Shown here: positions 1 to 9,293 of the stretch, piece after piece | Layout of the letters: each line of letters starts with the position of its first letter | How positions within the stretch are numbered: position 1 is the first letter of the stretch | IMG/VR virus record: IMGVR_UViG_3300009151_000031 | Source of the DNA: a virus | Reading direction: 5' to 3' (one strand) | DNA: 64,000 nucleotides | Made by a program: the position numbers and the translations under genes | The notes under the pieces: model-generated | Databases searched by the model: none | Seen by the model: the letters and a program-made list of their open reading frames with translations, nothing else | Told to the model about the DNA's origin: nothing

Positions 1-1
1 T

Positions 2-502
2 AACCAACAACCGGAATGGCAGTATACAGGCGAACAATATTCTACACTTAAGACATACTGGATGGTTCCTGCTGAAGTAACCAAAGACAAGGTACAGGCA
101 ATTGAAGAAGGACGTAGTTGTTGTGGCGGACGTAAATTAAGTCTCAATGGCGATTTAAAATCTAGTGTGGGGTTTGTTCCCAGACAAGGGTTTGAAGGTT
201 GGTCATGTAGTGTAAATTGGTTTTTCTTGTTTGTGCGGCAACTAGATGGTGCTGTATATACCAATAAGGATTGCCTAATGAGCACAACTGGCAACGTAGA
301 ACCTTTAGGAAATATTAACAACGCACAAAAGATTATAAGTACGCTTAAGGATCAATTGGATAATGGAGCAATGCCCATTATTAAATGTAAAAAACGAATT
401 TGTAGATGTGGGTTCTGTGCCCCAAAAGCCGAAAGTGAAAATGACTTTCGGGATTTAATTAAGAGAAACGTTCCAGTTGACGTTTTTCTAAAAGAGTGTT
501 AA
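2..502 (+). CDS. Radical SAM/SPASM-like protein, C-terminal part (5' truncated by window)
   Basis: Frame open from base 2; Cys clusters CC..C, C and CxxxxCxCxxC resemble an Fe-S binding tail. Confidence 0.5.
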   Translation, partial: NQQPEWQYTGEQYSTLKTYWMVPAEVTKDKVQAIEEGRSCCGGRKLSLNGDLKSSVGFVPRQGFEGWSCSVNWFFLFVRQLDGAVYTNKDCLMSTTGNVEPLGNINNAQKIISTLKDQLDNGAMPIIKCKKRICRCGFCAPKAESENDFRDLIKRNVPVDVFLKEC

Positions 503-530
503 ACTAACAATAATCAATAAGGAAACTATC

Positions 531-1649
531 ATGGCTAAACCATTTGACGTATCAAAATTTCGCAAAAGCATTACAAAAAGTATCGACGGTATTAGCGTCG
601 GCTTTACAGATCCAACTGACTGGATCAGCACAAACAATTACGCATTAAACTATTTGATCAGTGGAGACTTTAACAAAGGTGTTCCGCTAGGTAAAGTTAC
701 CGTGTTTGCTGGAGAATCTGGCGCAGGTAAATCATTTATCTGTTCAGGTAACTTGGTAGCTAACGCACAAAAGCAAGGCATCTATGTTATCCTGGTAGAT
801 AGTGAAAACGCACTTGACGAAAAGTGGCTACACGCATTGAATGTAGACACAAGTGAAGACAAACTTCTCAAACTTAACATGGCCATGATCGACGATGTGG
901 GCAAGATGATCAGTGAGTTTGTTAAAGAATACAAAACACTACCAGAACTAGAACGTCCTAAGGTTTTGTTTGTAGTTGACTCGTTGGGCATGTTGCTAAC
1001 ACCAACAGACGTTAACCAATTTGAAGCAGGAGACATGAAAGGCGATATGGGTCGTAAGCCCAAAGCACTTGCCGCACTAGTTCGTAATTGTGTTAATATG
1101 TTTGGTAGTTTGAATCTAGGCCTAGTATGTACAGCACACACATACGCAAGTCAGGACATGTTTGATCCTGATGACAAGATCAGCGGTGGACAGGGTTTTA
1201 TCTACGCTAGCTCTATCGTTGTGGCAATGCGTAAGTTGAAATTAAAAGAAGATGAAGATGGCAACAAGATCTCAGAAGTTAAAGGTATTCGTGCCGCTTG
1301 TAAGATTATGAAAACACGTTATGCTAAACCTTTTGAATCAGTACAGGTTAAGATTCCGTACGAAGAAGGTATGAATCCCTACTCTGGTCTAGTTGACTTG
1401 TTTGAAGGCAAGGGCTTACTTGCTAAAGAAGGTAACAGTTTGGTATATACATTAGTTGATGGCACTATTATCAAGAAGTTCCGCAAAGCATGGGAACGAA
1501 ATGAAGATGTATGTTTGGATCGTGCCATGGCAGACTTTGTTGCTAATCCACATCACAAGACTGTTGATGTAGAAGAACTCGAAGCAGTAGTAGAAGCTAT
1601 TGTTGAAGAAAAACCAAAGAAGTCTAAAAAAGAGGAAGTAGTTGAGTAA
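531..1649 (+). CDS. uvsX: RecA-like recombinase UvsX
   Basis: Walker A GESGAGKS, VVDSLG Walker B, GG motif ISGGQG, KIMKTR; acidic/basic tail. Confidence 0.9.
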   Translation: MAKPFDVSKFRKSITKSIDGISVGFTDPTDWISTNNYALNYLISGDFNKGVPLGKVTVFAGESGAGKSFICSGNLVANAQKQGIYVILVDSENALDEKWLHALNVDTSEDKLLKLNMAMIDDVGKMISEFVKEYKTLPELERPKVLFVVDSLGMLLTPTDVNQFEAGDMKGDMGRKPKALAALVRNCVNMFGSLNLGLVCTAHTYASQDMFDPDDKISGGQGFIYASSIVVAMRKLKLKEDEDGNKISEVKGIRAACKIMKTRYAKPFESVQVKIPYEEGMNPYSGLVDLFEGKGLLAKEGNSLVYTLVDGTIIKKFRKAWERNEDVCLDRAMADFVANPHHKTVDVEELEAVVEAIVEEKPKKSKKEEVVE

Positions 1650-2265
1650 TATACTCATCATTGGTGATAGCTTTGCCGCAGATTGGTCTACTAAATATAA
1701 AGACTATTTAGGTTGGCCCAGTCTGCTAGCAGAACAGCACACCGTAACTAATCTTGCACAAGCAGGAGTTAGTGAGTATAAAATTTACAAACAATTACTT
1801 TCAGTTAAAGATTTAAGCGTATTTGATGCAGTTATTGTAGCGCACACGAGCCCGTACCGTGTGCCTACTAGACTACACCCTGTACATTTTAATGATGTAT
1901 TGCACAATAAGTCAGATTTAATTTATACAGACATTGAATATCATTCTTTTCAGTTAAAAAATATGTTCAATAGAAGTTTATGTGCGGCAAAGAAGTTTTT
2001 TACATATCATTTTGACGAAGAGTTTTTTGAAGTTAGTTATGGATTATTTAGAGATAAGATAAACACTATATTAGCTGATAAAAAAGTTATCACTCTTGCA
2101 ACGTTTGATACATGGGCGTCAACAGAAAAATATGTACTAGACTTTGTTGATTTGTTAAATACCCAACCGGGATTAATAAATCATTATTCAAAAGAAGGCA
2201 ACCAAACTGTGTGTAACACGGTAATTGCTACACTAAAATTAATATCAAAGGAAACTAAACAATGA
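1642..2265 (+). CDS. SGNH/GDSL-like protein
   Basis: IIGDSF block I, NLAQAGVS block II, C-terminal NHYSKEGN. Confidence 0.55.
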   Translation: MSNILIIGDSFAADWSTKYKDYLGWPSLLAEQHTVTNLAQAGVSEYKIYKQLLSVKDLSVFDAVIVAHTSPYRVPTRLHPVHFNDVLHNKSDLIYTDIEYHSFQLKNMFNRSLCAAKKFFTYHFDEEFFEVSYGLFRDKINTILADKKVITLATFDTWASTEKYVLDFVDLLNTQPGLINHYSKEGNQTVCNTVIATLKLISKETKQ

Positions 2266-2489
2266 GTATGGACGTAGAAGTTTTAATTGAAGCATATACT
2301 ATTTTAAAACAGTATATCCCACAGAAAGATCGTCAAGAAGCCGCAGACAATCTTATGAGCATTATGGTTGACATGTTAAATGATGAAGAGCTTGCTAATT
2401 TTGGCGGAGCAGATAATACACTTAAACGTGCCCTTAAAGAATACTCAGCCGACGATGATGAAGTCGAGGACGAAGAAGGTGATTGGTAA
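2262..2489 (+). CDS. Small acidic hypothetical protein
   Basis: ATGA-overlap chain with neighbours, acidic tail. Confidence 0.7.
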   Translation: MSMDVEVLIEAYTILKQYIPQKDRQEAADNLMSIMVDMLNDEELANFGGADNTLKRALKEYSADDDEVEDEEGDW

Positions 2490-3123
2490 ATCGGGCGTAA
2501 TTGATAATTTCTTTACTGAGCCAGAATTGGACCCAGTGATAAAATACCTGTCGAATTTAAAATCAGCATTTAGTTACGGCAACGGAATTGATGCAACTAA
2601 TAGTCTTTATCCGTGGTTTGTTAAAAAGTGTTTTAACAAGATACAAGAAACATTTGGCAAAGACCTAATACTTAACAGAGTTACGTATTTAAATGATGGA
2701 GTTCCTATTTCATTACATTCAGATTATTACCAAATGGATGGTAAAGGGATACCAAAGTTTGCAATGCTAATCCCAATCTCAGTTAACAATGATAGGTCGT
2801 TTAAAAGCAAAGTTCATACTGTTATTTTTAATGAGGTTGATGAATTTTCTAATAGAACAGACAAATTAACTACACATTGGAATAAAGAAGGTTGGTATAG
2901 TAATAAATCGATTAAAGAAAATAATGCTATGCAATATAAAGATGAACATCTTGGGCATCTTAGCACTGAAGATTTAGAATGTTTGACTGTGCATACTATA
3001 TCGGAATGGAAGTTTGGTAGTTTAATATATTGGGATTCAAGTCTATTACACACAAGCGATAACTTTACAAAAAACAATGTTACATCAAAACAGGCGTTAG
3101 TACTACACACTTATGTTTTATAA
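2479..3123 (+). CDS. 2OG-Fe(II) oxygenase-like protein (likely GTG start at 2479)
   Basis: LHSD (HxD) and distal WDSSLLH; upstream part of track ORF overlaps previous gene. Confidence 0.5.
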   Translation: MIGKSGVIDNFFTEPELDPVIKYLSNLKSAFSYGNGIDATNSLYPWFVKKCFNKIQETFGKDLILNRVTYLNDGVPISLHSDYYQMDGKGIPKFAMLIPISVNNDRSFKSKVHTVIFNEVDEFSNRTDKLTTHWNKEGWYSNKSIKENNAMQYKDEHLGHLSTEDLECLTVHTISEWKFGSLIYWDSSLLHTSDNFTKNNVTSKQALVLHTYVL

Positions 3124-3568
3124 TAAAATCGTTGCCAATCTTGGAGAAATTCCAAACTTCATTGATTACTATGAAGGCGAACTTATTGCGGCTAAAGCCG
3201 ACATTAAAATTCGAGGCAACGTAGAACGAGCATTAAGTAACTTGCCGGGTGAAACAGAACATCGTTTTAATCAATTGCAAGAAATTGAAGCAGTATTAGA
3301 GTTTCTTAATATACAGTTGCGTAAAATACGTCAGTCACACTATAAAAAATATTTAGAAGCCTATGCTCGTGCATTAACAAGCCGAGATGCAGAAAAGTAT
3401 GCAGAAGCCGAAGACGAAGTTATTGATATGGAAACTATTATCAACGAGGTAGCACTACTCCGTAACAAATGGTTAGGAGTAATGAAAGGCATAGAGAGTA
3501 AGAACTTTATGCTAGGGCACGTTGTTCGATTACGAACGGCGGGTATGGAGGATATTGTTGTATCATGA
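3113..3568 (+). CDS. uvsY: Recombination mediator UvsY-like
   Basis: Helical 151 aa, YLEAYARALTSRDAEKYAE, KNFMLGHVVRLRTAGMED, near uvsX. Confidence 0.75.
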   Translation: MFYNKIVANLGEIPNFIDYYEGELIAAKADIKIRGNVERALSNLPGETEHRFNQLQEIEAVLEFLNIQLRKIRQSHYKKYLEAYARALTSRDAEKYAEAEDEVIDMETIINEVALLRNKWLGVMKGIESKNFMLGHVVRLRTAGMEDIVVS

Positions 3569-3819
3569 TAGACTGGAAAGCACGAGCTGATCAACTATTA
3601 GAAGAGTTTAACATGTGCATTAAGGCTAAACCAATGCACAATGTAGTAGATATACAATTAGAAAAAGATACGGTTGCTAAGTTTGCTTATAATTTAAGTA
3701 CACAACGTGGCTGGGGTTCTGATACGGAGATTGCTGAAGCAATTTATCAACTTGAACCAAGACTTGCAGAACTTAAAAAGAAATTAATTATAGAGATACT
3801 ACAACGTGGGCCTGTTTAA
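3565..3819 (+). CDS. Hypothetical protein
   Basis: ATGA overlap, operon continuity. Confidence 0.65.
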   Translation: MIDWKARADQLLEEFNMCIKAKPMHNVVDIQLEKDTVAKFAYNLSTQRGWGSDTEIAEAIYQLEPRLAELKKKLIIEILQRGPV

Positions 3820-4561
3820 AAACTCATACGCTAGCCATGATCATAGTTTAGAATTTTTAAACATGATCTATGGGTATGATACCTTTCTTGACAATTTAGA
3901 AGTCATAGCCGATATGGGCTGTGGCGAAGGTCGAGACGTTGAGTGGTGGGCTACATTAACTACACGTGACGATCCGCCTATTCCGCACAACTATCTAGTA
4001 TATGCTGTAGATAAAGATATTAACCAAATAGAACCAGACATACTAAAAAACAATACTAACGTAAAAGCTATTGAAGGAGACTTTGAAACTCGTGTTGTTC
4101 CTAGGAATGTTGATTTAATTTGGGCACATGATAGTTTCCAGTATGCCCGAGACCCATTTAAGTGTTTGAATACATGGAAAAGTACACTGAATGTTAATGG
4201 TATGTTATTAATGACAATACCACAGACTACTTACTTGTATAATAATCGTCTAATAGTTGCTAACTATAGTCATCAATACTATAACTATAATATATTGAAT
4301 ATGATGTATATGTTGGCCATTAGCGGATTTGATTGTAGAGATGCATATTTTTATCGTAAAGAAAATAGCCCTTGGTTGTATATTGGCGTGTATGCTAGCG
4401 AACACGGACCATTAACTCAAGATGCTACATGGTACGATTTAGCGGATCGCAACTTAATTAACGACAGCGTAATTAATAGCGTAAGTAAATATGGATACGC
4501 TAGATTAGAAGATGTTGTTGTAAGTTGGTTCGATAAAAACTTATATCAAATAACAAATTAA
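3806..4561 (+). CDS. Class I SAM-dependent methyltransferase
   Basis: IADMGCGEG motif I, YAVD, IEGDF, DLIWAHDSFQY. Confidence 0.7.
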   Translation: MGLFKNSYASHDHSLEFLNMIYGYDTFLDNLEVIADMGCGEGRDVEWWATLTTRDDPPIPHNYLVYAVDKDINQIEPDILKNNTNVKAIEGDFETRVVPRNVDLIWAHDSFQYARDPFKCLNTWKSTLNVNGMLLMTIPQTTYLYNNRLIVANYSHQYYNYNILNMMYMLAISGFDCRDAYFYRKENSPWLYIGVYASEHGPLTQDATWYDLADRNLINDSVINSVSKYGYARLEDVVVSWFDKNLYQITN

Positions 4562-4562
4562 A

Positions 4563-5297
4563 ATGAAAATTGTAATAGTAACCGGGGGATTTGATCCCAT
4601 ACACAGTGGACATATTGCTTACCTTAAAGAAGCACGACTCCTAGGCGACATGCTAATAGTAGGACTAAACAGCGATGCGTGGTTGGAACGTAAAAAAGGT
4701 CGTGCGTTTATGCCATTCACGGAACGTGCCTGTATCATTGATAATCTGTCAATGGTTGATTATGTGATTAATTTTTCTGATGACGATAACACCGCAATAG
4801 ATGCAATACGCAAAGTTCAGGCCGAATATCCAGGTGCTACTATCATATTTGCCAACGGTGGTGACCGCACACAAAACAACATTCCTGAAATGTCAGTAGC
4901 AGGAGTAACATTTGCATTTGGTGTTGGGGGAACTAATAAAGCCAACAGTAGTAGTTGGATCCTTGAGGAGTGGAAAGCACCCAAGATCTATCGTCCTTGG
5001 GGGTATTACCGTGTGTTATACGATGTTCCTGGAACGAAAGTTAAGGAGTTAGTAGTCGAGCCGGGTAAACAACTAAGTATGCAACGTCATAAAATGCGAT
5101 CTGAATACTGGAAAGTAGCCGAAGGTATGGCCCGTGTGGTTAACGAAACTGGAACAACCACGTTAGGAATACATGGAAGCTATTTTGTAGCTCGTACTGA
5201 ATGGCATCAACTGACTAATCCGTTCAAAGATCCATTAAAGCTGGTAGAAATACAGTATGGCCCGGACTGTGCTGAAGAAGATATAGAACGCAGATAA
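4563..5297 (+). CDS. Cytidylyltransferase-like domain fused to mannose-6-P isomerase-type cupin
   Basis: GGFDPIHSGH (HxGH), ANGGDR; C-terminal RPWG..LSMQRHKMRSEYW..EIQYG..EEDIER. Confidence 0.8.
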   Translation: MKIVIVTGGFDPIHSGHIAYLKEARLLGDMLIVGLNSDAWLERKKGRAFMPFTERACIIDNLSMVDYVINFSDDDNTAIDAIRKVQAEYPGATIIFANGGDRTQNNIPEMSVAGVTFAFGVGGTNKANSSSWILEEWKAPKIYRPWGYYRVLYDVPGTKVKELVVEPGKQLSMQRHKMRSEYWKVAEGMARVVNETGTTTLGIHGSYFVARTEWHQLTNPFKDPLKLVEIQYGPDCAEEDIERR

Positions 5298-5304
5298 ATA
5301 CTTG

Positions 5305-6876
5305 ATGCGTAATTTAATCGATATCATCACTGAAGCTACTATTGCAGACTATCCAATGGGTACAACGTACCTAATTAGTGGTAGTAAATCTGGTCGTGCA
5401 TTAGCTGATGCATTATCGCATCAAGGCGTTAACATCGAAGAACCAATGGTTAGTGTTGATCAAAGTGAAGTTAACCCCAAAGAAATTAAAGCCTACGTAG
5501 GCAAAAATGCTCCGGGTGTTGCTAGTCAAGCATTCCGTGACGCCGATAACACATTGTGGGTTTACTATGGCGGTGCAAGCGGTATGAACAGTTGTTTTGT
5601 ACACGCAGATAAACTAGCTAACCGTGGCGAGATTGCAGAAGGCATTCTTGGCGCGGCTATGTTTGCCAAGTTTACTAAACGTGCCCCACAAGAAGAAATA
5701 GCACAAGTTACGGTACAAGATGTAGAACGTGTTCTTGCACAGTTGAGTAATAAAGCCGAAGACGTATACTCCGTTACGGTAAATGATGCCGATAATCGGC
5801 ATGCTGACACTATTACATTTGATCTATTCTTAAAAACAAAACCTTTTCAAGACCTAATGGATTTAAAAAAGCGCGAAGCACTTATGCAAGAGTTTAGTAG
5901 TGCCGCCGCCTATGTAAATACTCCCAATGCAGAACGTTACAGCCGTTACTTTTATATCAACGGTAAAACAGACTCGATCGAAATTATTGCCAATGGAGCA
6001 CTTGCTGAAAAATCAAGCAAGGTTGATGTGTTTGTACAAGTTAACGGTAAGCGTTTACGGTTAAACACTAGTCTTAAAGTTGGCGGCATCAAGCAGTTTG
6101 GTCAAGTTGGCGGCAGCGAAATGGCCAGTATGATTAAACTATGGAACTACTTTGGCGTTGATGTAGCACCAATGACTAAAAAGTTTGAAAAACTACGTAA
6201 CAACGATCAGTTTGACGCATTGGAATATATGTATCGCAACATTGCTGATCAGCTAGGTAAAGAACTACGCGGTAACAATGACAGAACTGAAGCATCGTTT
6301 GTAGTAAAAGTTGCTAATGCCGTTTCGTATTTTGCTACATTAGGCGAAAAGAATGTTGAGCTAGTAGACTTTAGCAAGGGTGGCTTCAAGATTTTACGTT
6401 TTAATGATCTAGTACAAAAGTTACATAATGTTGACTTAACAGCAACTTATAAAGAAGCAAAAGGTCGCCCAGAAATTGGTATCCATGATGTCTCAGATCC
6501 AAAACGAGAACTAGTAAGTATTCGTGTTAAAATTGAAAACAAAAAAGAAGGCCCTTATGTTCGTAACATCATCGAAAAAGGTCCGTTGTTAGAAGAATTA
6601 ACTACAGTACAACAAGGATCGTTGGCACACGGCACCGGATCAAAAATATTAGCACGTACACCTGCTCCGGTTAAAACAGCACCAGCATCCACCTCACCAG
6701 TTGCTAAAGTCAATGCACCAGTACAGCAACCAGTGGCCAAAAAACCAACAGGACCAACTCAAGATTATACCCCACCCGGACATCCAGACTATGTTGAGCC
6801 AGACGATGAGCTCAGATATTCTGAATCGGTAAGACCCAAACGCAGTCTGTCTGAAATACGTCGCCAACGCCGTTGA
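5305..6876 (+). CDS. Late/virion-associated protein with Pro-rich tail
   Basis: ATAAATA at 5294-5300 just upstream; N-terminus MRNLIDIITEA; low-complexity Pro/Ala/Thr C-terminus. Confidence 0.5.
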   Translation: MRNLIDIITEATIADYPMGTTYLISGSKSGRALADALSHQGVNIEEPMVSVDQSEVNPKEIKAYVGKNAPGVASQAFRDADNTLWVYYGGASGMNSCFVHADKLANRGEIAEGILGAAMFAKFTKRAPQEEIAQVTVQDVERVLAQLSNKAEDVYSVTVNDADNRHADTITFDLFLKTKPFQDLMDLKKREALMQEFSSAAAYVNTPNAERYSRYFYINGKTDSIEIIANGALAEKSSKVDVFVQVNGKRLRLNTSLKVGGIKQFGQVGGSEMASMIKLWNYFGVDVAPMTKKFEKLRNNDQFDALEYMYRNIADQLGKELRGNNDRTEASFVVKVANAVSYFATLGEKNVELVDFSKGGFKILRFNDLVQKLHNVDLTATYKEAKGRPEIGIHDVSDPKRELVSIRVKIENKKEGPYVRNIIEKGPLLEELTTVQQGSLAHGTGSKILARTPAPVKTAPASTSPVAKVNAPVQQPVAKKPTGPTQDYTPPGHPDYVEPDDELRYSESVRPKRSLSEIRRQRR

Positions 6877-6901
6877 CCTTTAAATAGCAATAATATATAA
6901 T
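6873..6901 (+). promoter_or_regulatory. sigma70 promoter for tRNA island
   Basis: TTGACC-17 nt-TATAAT, 12 nt before tRNA-Ile2. Confidence 0.8.
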
Positions 6902-6913
6902 ACATGCTTAGTT

Positions 6914-6988
6914 GGGCCAATAGCTTAATGGTAAAGCAATCGACTCATAATCGATTGAGTCTTGGTTCAATTCCAAGTTGGCCCACCA
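6914..6988 (+). tRNA. trnI: tRNA-Ile2(CAT) (lysidine type; Met not excluded)
   Basis: Cloverleaf, ATCGA-CTCATAA-TCGAT, GG start, A73, CCA. Confidence 0.8.
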
Positions 6989-7012
6989 GAATTAGTTGAT
7001 AAGTAGTACATT

Positions 7013-7097
7013 GCCCCGATGGTGGAATTGGTAGACACGCTGGTCTTAGAAGCCAGTGCCGAAAGGTGTGCGAGTTCGAGTCTCGCTTGGGGCACCA
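7013..7097 (+). tRNA. trnL: tRNA-Leu(TAG)
   Basis: CTGGT-CTTAGAA-GCCAG, long variable arm, CCA. Confidence 0.95.
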
Positions 7098-7113
7098 GAT
7101 TTAAGGAAGTAAG

Positions 7114-7320
7114 ATGAACATGGATCAAGCCGCAGTATTTTTAGCGGCAAGTATTTTAACAGCCTTAGGGTTTATTGTGTTTGTTATTGGCGCAGTTGTA
7201 GTAAACAATATTCTTCACCAATTTTGGAAGCCAATTAAATGGTCAAACTATTTAGAGTTTCCGCCAAACTTTATAGCCGAAGAAGATCTTAAAAAAGATA
7301 AAGAGCCTAAATTTAAGTAA
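7114..7320 (+). CDS. Small single-pass membrane protein
   Basis: RBS AAGGAAG; hydrophobic AAVFLAASILTALGFIVFVIGAVVV. Confidence 0.7.
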   Translation: MNMDQAAVFLAASILTALGFIVFVIGAVVVNNILHQFWKPIKWSNYLEFPPNFIAEEDLKKDKEPKFK

Positions 7321-7325
7321 AATCT

Positions 7326-7478
7326 GCGACTGTGGTGAAATAATGCCCGGGTGATGAAATGGTATACATAGAAGACTTAAAATCTTCCGTCTGTAATGGG
7401 CATGCCGGTTCGAGTCCGGCTCCGGGCACCAAGTTAGTTTGCGATGGTATGCCGGTTCGATTCCGGCCAGTCGCACCA
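7326..7478 (+). pseudogene. Split tRNA-Leu-like shell enclosing tRNA-Leu(TAA)
   Basis: 5' GCGACTG-TG-GTGAAAT at 7326 pairs with CAGTCGC-A-CCA at 7468-7478, with its own T arm GCCGG-TTCGATT-CCGGC. Confidence 0.75.
7345..7431 (+). tRNA. trnL: tRNA-Leu(TAA), long variable arm
   Basis: GAAGA-CTTAAAA-TCTTC, acceptor GCCCGGG/TCCGGGC, CCA. Confidence 0.93.
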
Positions 7479-7541
7479 ATTAATCTAGCCCAAACGGGCT
7501 AAAATGATAAATAAAAGTAAGAACTTCAGGAGATTTCCCAC

Positions 7542-8513
7542 ATGAATCAACCACGTAAAATCCGTTGGCTATTAGAACACGAACCAGTTGAGCTTTTCTT
7601 ACGCACAGCTAAAGAGTTTGACAAGCGTATTCGCGCTCTAACAAACGACGAAATCCAAGTAGAAATGTATAAAAAAGAAGAATACCAAGCTAAATTTGGT
7701 GTTGCTAAAGAAATGATGGATTCAGTAGGCCTAATGCACTCTGGCGATATTGAAATGACTCAAACACAAATCGGCAACGTTGGTCAGTGGTACTGCCCAG
7801 ATTTCTTTGCATTAGAAATGCCATTCTTGTTTGATAGCCATGAACACGCTACTCGTGTTCTTGATGGCCAAATTGGTGAACGCCTATTAGACACCATTGA
7901 GCAAAATGCAAGTGCCAAAGGTTTAGCATTTACATACTCAGGTGGTTATCGTGTGTTTGCATCCAATGACAAACTAACAACAGCCGAAGACTTAAAAGGT
8001 CTAAATTGTTTGACTGACATCAGTGCAGTTCGTATTGATACAGCCAAAGCATTTGGTTTAAATGTAGTTCCATTCAAAGATGCCACCTTAGAAGGCGGTC
8101 AAATTGAGATTCTAAATGATCGTTACGAAGCAAGCCAAACACGTGAAACAACATTGCCACGTTATGAAGCCGAAGCGTACCATGCAGGTCATCACCACAT
8201 TGGTGTTACTAACCACAGCATGTACTTGACTACTATTCTAGTTAACAAAGAGTTCTTTGCAAGTTTAACAGCGGACCAACAGGTCGCAATGAAACAAGTT
8301 GCTATGGAAGTTGCCAAGTTAGAGCGTGAATGGTCGGTGACTGATGCAGACACATTGGCTAACAACACAGTTAAACACGCTGAAATGGGTATTACCTATA
8401 CAGAGTTTGCTGATAGCGAAGTGGCCAAATTGAAACAAGCAGTTGAGCCATTGTACGAAAAATATCGTGCGATTTTTAGCCCATTGCTGATTGATAACAT
8501 TCGCTCTGCCTAA
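7542..8513 (+). CDS. TRAP/DctP-family solute-binding protein paralog 1, no signal peptide
   Basis: F..R..T..EIQVE, ALEMPFLFDS.EHA.RVLDG, YSGGYRV, DLKGL, LTTILVNKEFFASLTADQQ. Confidence 0.8.
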   Translation: MNQPRKIRWLLEHEPVELFLRTAKEFDKRIRALTNDEIQVEMYKKEEYQAKFGVAKEMMDSVGLMHSGDIEMTQTQIGNVGQWYCPDFFALEMPFLFDSHEHATRVLDGQIGERLLDTIEQNASAKGLAFTYSGGYRVFASNDKLTTAEDLKGLNCLTDISAVRIDTAKAFGLNVVPFKDATLEGGQIEILNDRYEASQTRETTLPRYEAEAYHAGHHHIGVTNHSMYLTTILVNKEFFASLTADQQVAMKQVAMEVAKLEREWSVTDADTLANNTVKHAEMGITYTEFADSEVAKLKQAVEPLYEKYRAIFSPLLIDNIRSA

Positions 8514-8521
8514 TTAGCCCT

Positions 8522-9145
8522 TTGAAGTATCCTGAAAAACAATTCGAGTTGTATGACAAGAATTGTTTTTCTACGACTAGCTGGCAAGAAATATTTTCTG
8601 GACGTAGAGTTCTGATTTGTTCTATTGTGCGTCCTCCTTTGTGTTTTAATCAAAATTATATAATAGATTTACAAATTTACAGAGAAATGTACAAGTTGCT
8701 TGGGGTAGATGAAGTCTACTTACTAAGCCGTTCTCGTCTTGGATTAGTCAGTTTATTAAATCGAACAACAATACCTTGCATGGCAGATGTAAATTCAGAA
8801 TTTGCATTGCATTTGAACAGTCTGGTCAATACAAAAGAATACAGTAAAAATCATTTGTCATCGTTCTGGGCATATCAGGTATTAATCAACGACGGCGAAG
8901 TGGAACAGATCACACAACAACCTCTAGAAAATTATCTGGCCACCATGCTCAAGGATACCAAGAACATTGCCGCACTTAAAGCAATTGGATTAAAAAACGA
9001 AAAGTTAATTTGGACACCGACTTTTTTGACACGAACTATTAAATTGGCCAGAGACATTTTTTACTACCGATTGCACCCAAACATCGAGCTCAAAAAACAT
9101 TTATTCTCAACTTATCCAAACATACTTGACAATAAAGATAAATAA
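8522..9145 (+). CDS. Degenerate Prx5/redoxin-fold protein 1 (TTG start)
   Basis: EIFSGRRVLI, LGVDEVYLLS, MADVNSEF, WAYQVLINDGEVEQ align with Prx5 scaffold. Confidence 0.55.
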   Translation: MKYPEKQFELYDKNCFSTTSWQEIFSGRRVLICSIVRPPLCFNQNYIIDLQIYREMYKLLGVDEVYLLSRSRLGLVSLLNRTTIPCMADVNSEFALHLNSLVNTKEYSKNHLSSFWAYQVLINDGEVEQITQQPLENYLATMLKDTKNIAALKAIGLKNEKLIWTPTFLTRTIKLARDIFYYRLHPNIELKKHLFSTYPNILDNKDK

Positions 9146-9154
9146 ATGTATAAT
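9126..9154 (+). promoter_or_regulatory. sigma70 promoter driving leader/attenuator
   Basis: TTGACA-17 nt-TATAAT, overlapping end of upstream gene. Confidence 0.85.
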
Positions 9155-9164
9155 TGATAACATT

Positions 9165-9293
9165 ATGACACTAAGAACTTGTAAACATCTACCATCCATA
9201 CAGCCAACACTAGGTATGTTAGCCTATTGGCCTGCGAATGAAGTGTTTACATCAATTAATAGTGATCGTGAATACAGAGAGGGTCTCAATTAG
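9165..9293 (+). CDS. Putative 42-aa attenuator leader peptide MTLRTCKHLPSIQPTLGMLAYWPANEVFTSINSDREYREGLN
   Basis: ATG 10 nt after -10 box (near-leaderless), TAG inside antiterminator stem; too short for ORF track. Confidence 0.7.
   Translation: MTLRTCKHLPSIQPTLGMLAYWPANEVFTSINSDREYREGLN

Noticed and set aside
7486-7501. TAGCCC-AAAC-GGGCTA as terminator
   Set aside because: No U tract on either strand; at most a processing or pause hairpin
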